This document shows, one piece after another, positions 61,570-64,000 of a DNA stretch of 64,000 nucleotides (position 1 is its first letter; the number at the start of each line of letters is the position of its first letter). The stretch is from Marsupella aquatica. Its lineage: Eukaryota > Plantae > Marchantiophyta. Location: NCBI GenBank assembly GCA_973895155.1, contig OZ316898.1, positions 3,658,480-3,722,479 of the forward strand, read 5' to 3'. Below the pieces are notes generated by a model that did not search any database, was not told where the DNA came from, and worked only from the letters and a program-made list of their open reading frames with translations. A program made the position numbers and the translations under genes.

Positions 61570-64000
61570 AAAACCAGTTTCTCGATCAGGCCACAACTCT
61601 ATGCTATGTTTATGATTTGATCAATTACTCGGCTTGTTGCTTTTTTATCCTAGAATCCCTTTCAGCTTGTCTCCAATCCGTCCAATGCTTGATCAATTAA
61701 CCGTTCTTGCTTTCAGTTTCTCCCATGACCTATTTATAGAATGCTTCCATGTGTGGTGTGGAGTGTTTGATACTCCTCTCCATCGTTTAGTCCATGACTC
61801 TAGATGCAGAGTTGGTCACGGTTGCCATAATTTTGGCAACCATTTTAATTGTTGCAAATATTCAACTATTTATCACTTATGTTTTGTTTCTACTTAATAA
61901 GAAGCAAAGTTAACTAAAATGGTTATGTCAAGTAAAATTATATTTTGTTTTACAGCATGGAGCCCTAAATTTTACCCAGAACTTGCCACAAACATGAAAA
62001 ATGAGGGCCAATTTACAAGACGAGTGCGAGAATTTGAGTACTTTCTACCAGGGCTGTAACAGAACCCAACTTTTCGTGTACAGTAGGGCTCTAGACCAAT
62101 CCAAGGCAGGAATCGTAGGAGAAAGTGGCCTGCCCATTTTCACACCTCCGGAGGTCCGATAGTCTAGAGCCCGGGTGAGAGTCCTGAGCCGGCTAGCCCG
62201 AGCTGATCCATACCAGAATGCAGGTTTGGTCAGTAGCTCAACTTGCCGCGCCAATCTTCTAAAGCAACGAGCGCCCGGGCAAGCTGAAATAATGGCTGTG
62301 ATTGATTCGATCCTGAAAAAAGAGGGACTAAATTTCCGCGCCTGTCTTGTAAAGTGGCCGTGAGTTAATTTTAATTTGGAAACAAATATGTTCTTGTTTG
62401 TGGCTGGTTGTGCTGATGTCGCACAACCTCATGACAAGGAATTTGCAAGGGACTCTCTTGGGGGTGCGTAACTAGAACAGAACTATCTGAAATTTTTTGA
62501 AGGCCCCTGTAGCATGTTTCATCCCTTACAAGTCAAATTCTTAGGGAAAACTCAATCATTTAATGCACCTTGCACCAAGGGTTTATTCCAAAAACTTAGC
62601 AGCTCCCTTGACCTGGCCAAGAAAACAGTAGTTATTAGAAATAACCCCTGTAAGACACATGATGTGTTAATTTATTGCCTTGTGGGCATTGCCCCCAGGT
62701 CCACACAAGTTGCCAATTTGCTTTGAATATTGGTGCTCTTGTAGACTCCTGCACAGTTGGTCTCTTAACAAAGCCGTGTTGCTCAATCTCTGATAAGCAA
62801 TTGAACACCAACCCATCAAAAAATAATTTTCTAACCTGGCTCCAATACCCAGTACAAACCCACTATCATGTAGCAGTCTATACCCTAAAATTCTATAATC
62901 ATGTGAAAACATAATCCATTATGTCTTCATGCATAGACATACACGTGGTGGACTATGACGCAGCACGCAATGAATATATTGCGGTGGGAAATATATGGTT
63001 GACCATGCAGTTAGACACCACATAAGAACCATGTGTATAGAACCTATGTGGAACCTAGTTTGTAACAAAAGTTTAGTAGAGGCTTGTCCCGGTCCCATCA
63101 AGCATATACCTCCCATATGATTCAGAGGAAGAGGCAGACGATTTAAACACAACCAATCAATCCCTAACCTAAACCACCACTCTCACACTTTGAACAAGTT
63201 ATTTAAACAAGGAAACAAAGTCAATGTTGAAACTTGCTGCATGATGTGCACGGTGTATTAGAGAGGTATATTGTGTTTTGGAAGAGCTCTATCATGTTGC
63301 AACAAGGTGTTTGGAAGGGTTTAGATGGAAACGTACATATTAGTGATTGGTTGAGGGTTACGAGTTAGCAACTAACCCTAATGCAAGCACCACTGAGATG
63401 GGAAAGATTAGGAGTCCAGTGTGTGGAACGAATCATGGGAAGTTAAGGGGATTGTCATAGAGGGCAGTTGGGAAGAGGACAGCCACCACTCCTAAGGGCA
63501 TAATCTGGGGAGTAAATGAGAAAGGATCATGACCTGCACATGGGAGGGACTGACTGGCAGGTGAAGTCCATAGATAACTCAATCGAATTGGTCTTTCTTC
63601 TACCATTCAGCATAAAACCTTGGAGCATTTGCACAGAGCTAACAATTTTTTTGACCCCCATAACTTTGTTGTAGCAAATGATGTGAATTTTCTGTCTTTC
63701 CACTTGTCATTACAGGAAGATTGGTGATGGAAATATAAGCACAAATTCTCTGACCAAGTGGACCCACCCGCAAAAACAATAATACAGCACTACAAAAAGC
63801 TAATTTGCATTAAATAAAGTTGATTCTTCTCCTAGCCTTTATCCGTAGTTGCAATTGTGCAACTTTTCTTCTCCCTTTTCACATAGGATAGGCCCAATAT
63901 GTCGCCAGTAAAGGACAACTTAACTTTCGTGATAGCAAGTCAGGCCCGATCAATCAGCTTTTGTCAGTTTTTGCAAACATAAATTATTTTTTACTTTCCT

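Noticed and set aside
61436-61900. Minus-strand LTR with degenerate PBS, (GA)n and TATA box
   Set aside because: The layout is suggestive, but the PBS match is poor and no partner LTR, TSD or gag could be identified in the window.

Overview
Eukaryotic land-plant nuclear DNA (spliced genes, Ty1/copia and non-LTR retroelements); a non-seed plant such as a bryophyte is my guess, not something the sequence proves. From left to right: (1) a 5-exon gene of the conserved plant 'MERSEPxLVPEWL' family (782-4315, +). (2) A 2-exon, 70-aa small membrane-protein gene missed by the ORF track (6486-6838, -). (3) A large tandem segmental duplication (copy A ~6634-35859, copy B ~35860->56212), whose unit runs small-TM gene 5' part, spacer, HIR (SPFH) gene, sirohydrochlorin ferrochelatase SIRB. 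Gene loss is reciprocal: the small-TM gene is complete only in A and HIR only in B. SIRB has a complete exon set in A, while only a mutated last exon of B lies in the window. At the junction, SIRB-A sits directly downstream of the duplicated promoter, 5'UTR and exon 1 of the small-TM gene, making a candidate chimeric or promoter-capture gene; this is the most interesting signal in the window. Copy A also carries a three-level nest of copia LTR retrotransposons (Bianca-like > Tork/Tnt1-like > Tork/Tnt1-like, 14104-~32787), an L1 fragment and a MITE. Copy B carries a non-LTR insertion with a 19-bp TSD, a ~5-kb insertion with a Myb/SANT-like + SHOCT-like ORF, minisatellites and a CRE-like RLE retroelement remnant. 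No rRNA, tRNA or CRISPR was found. All alignments and mismatch counts were done by eye.
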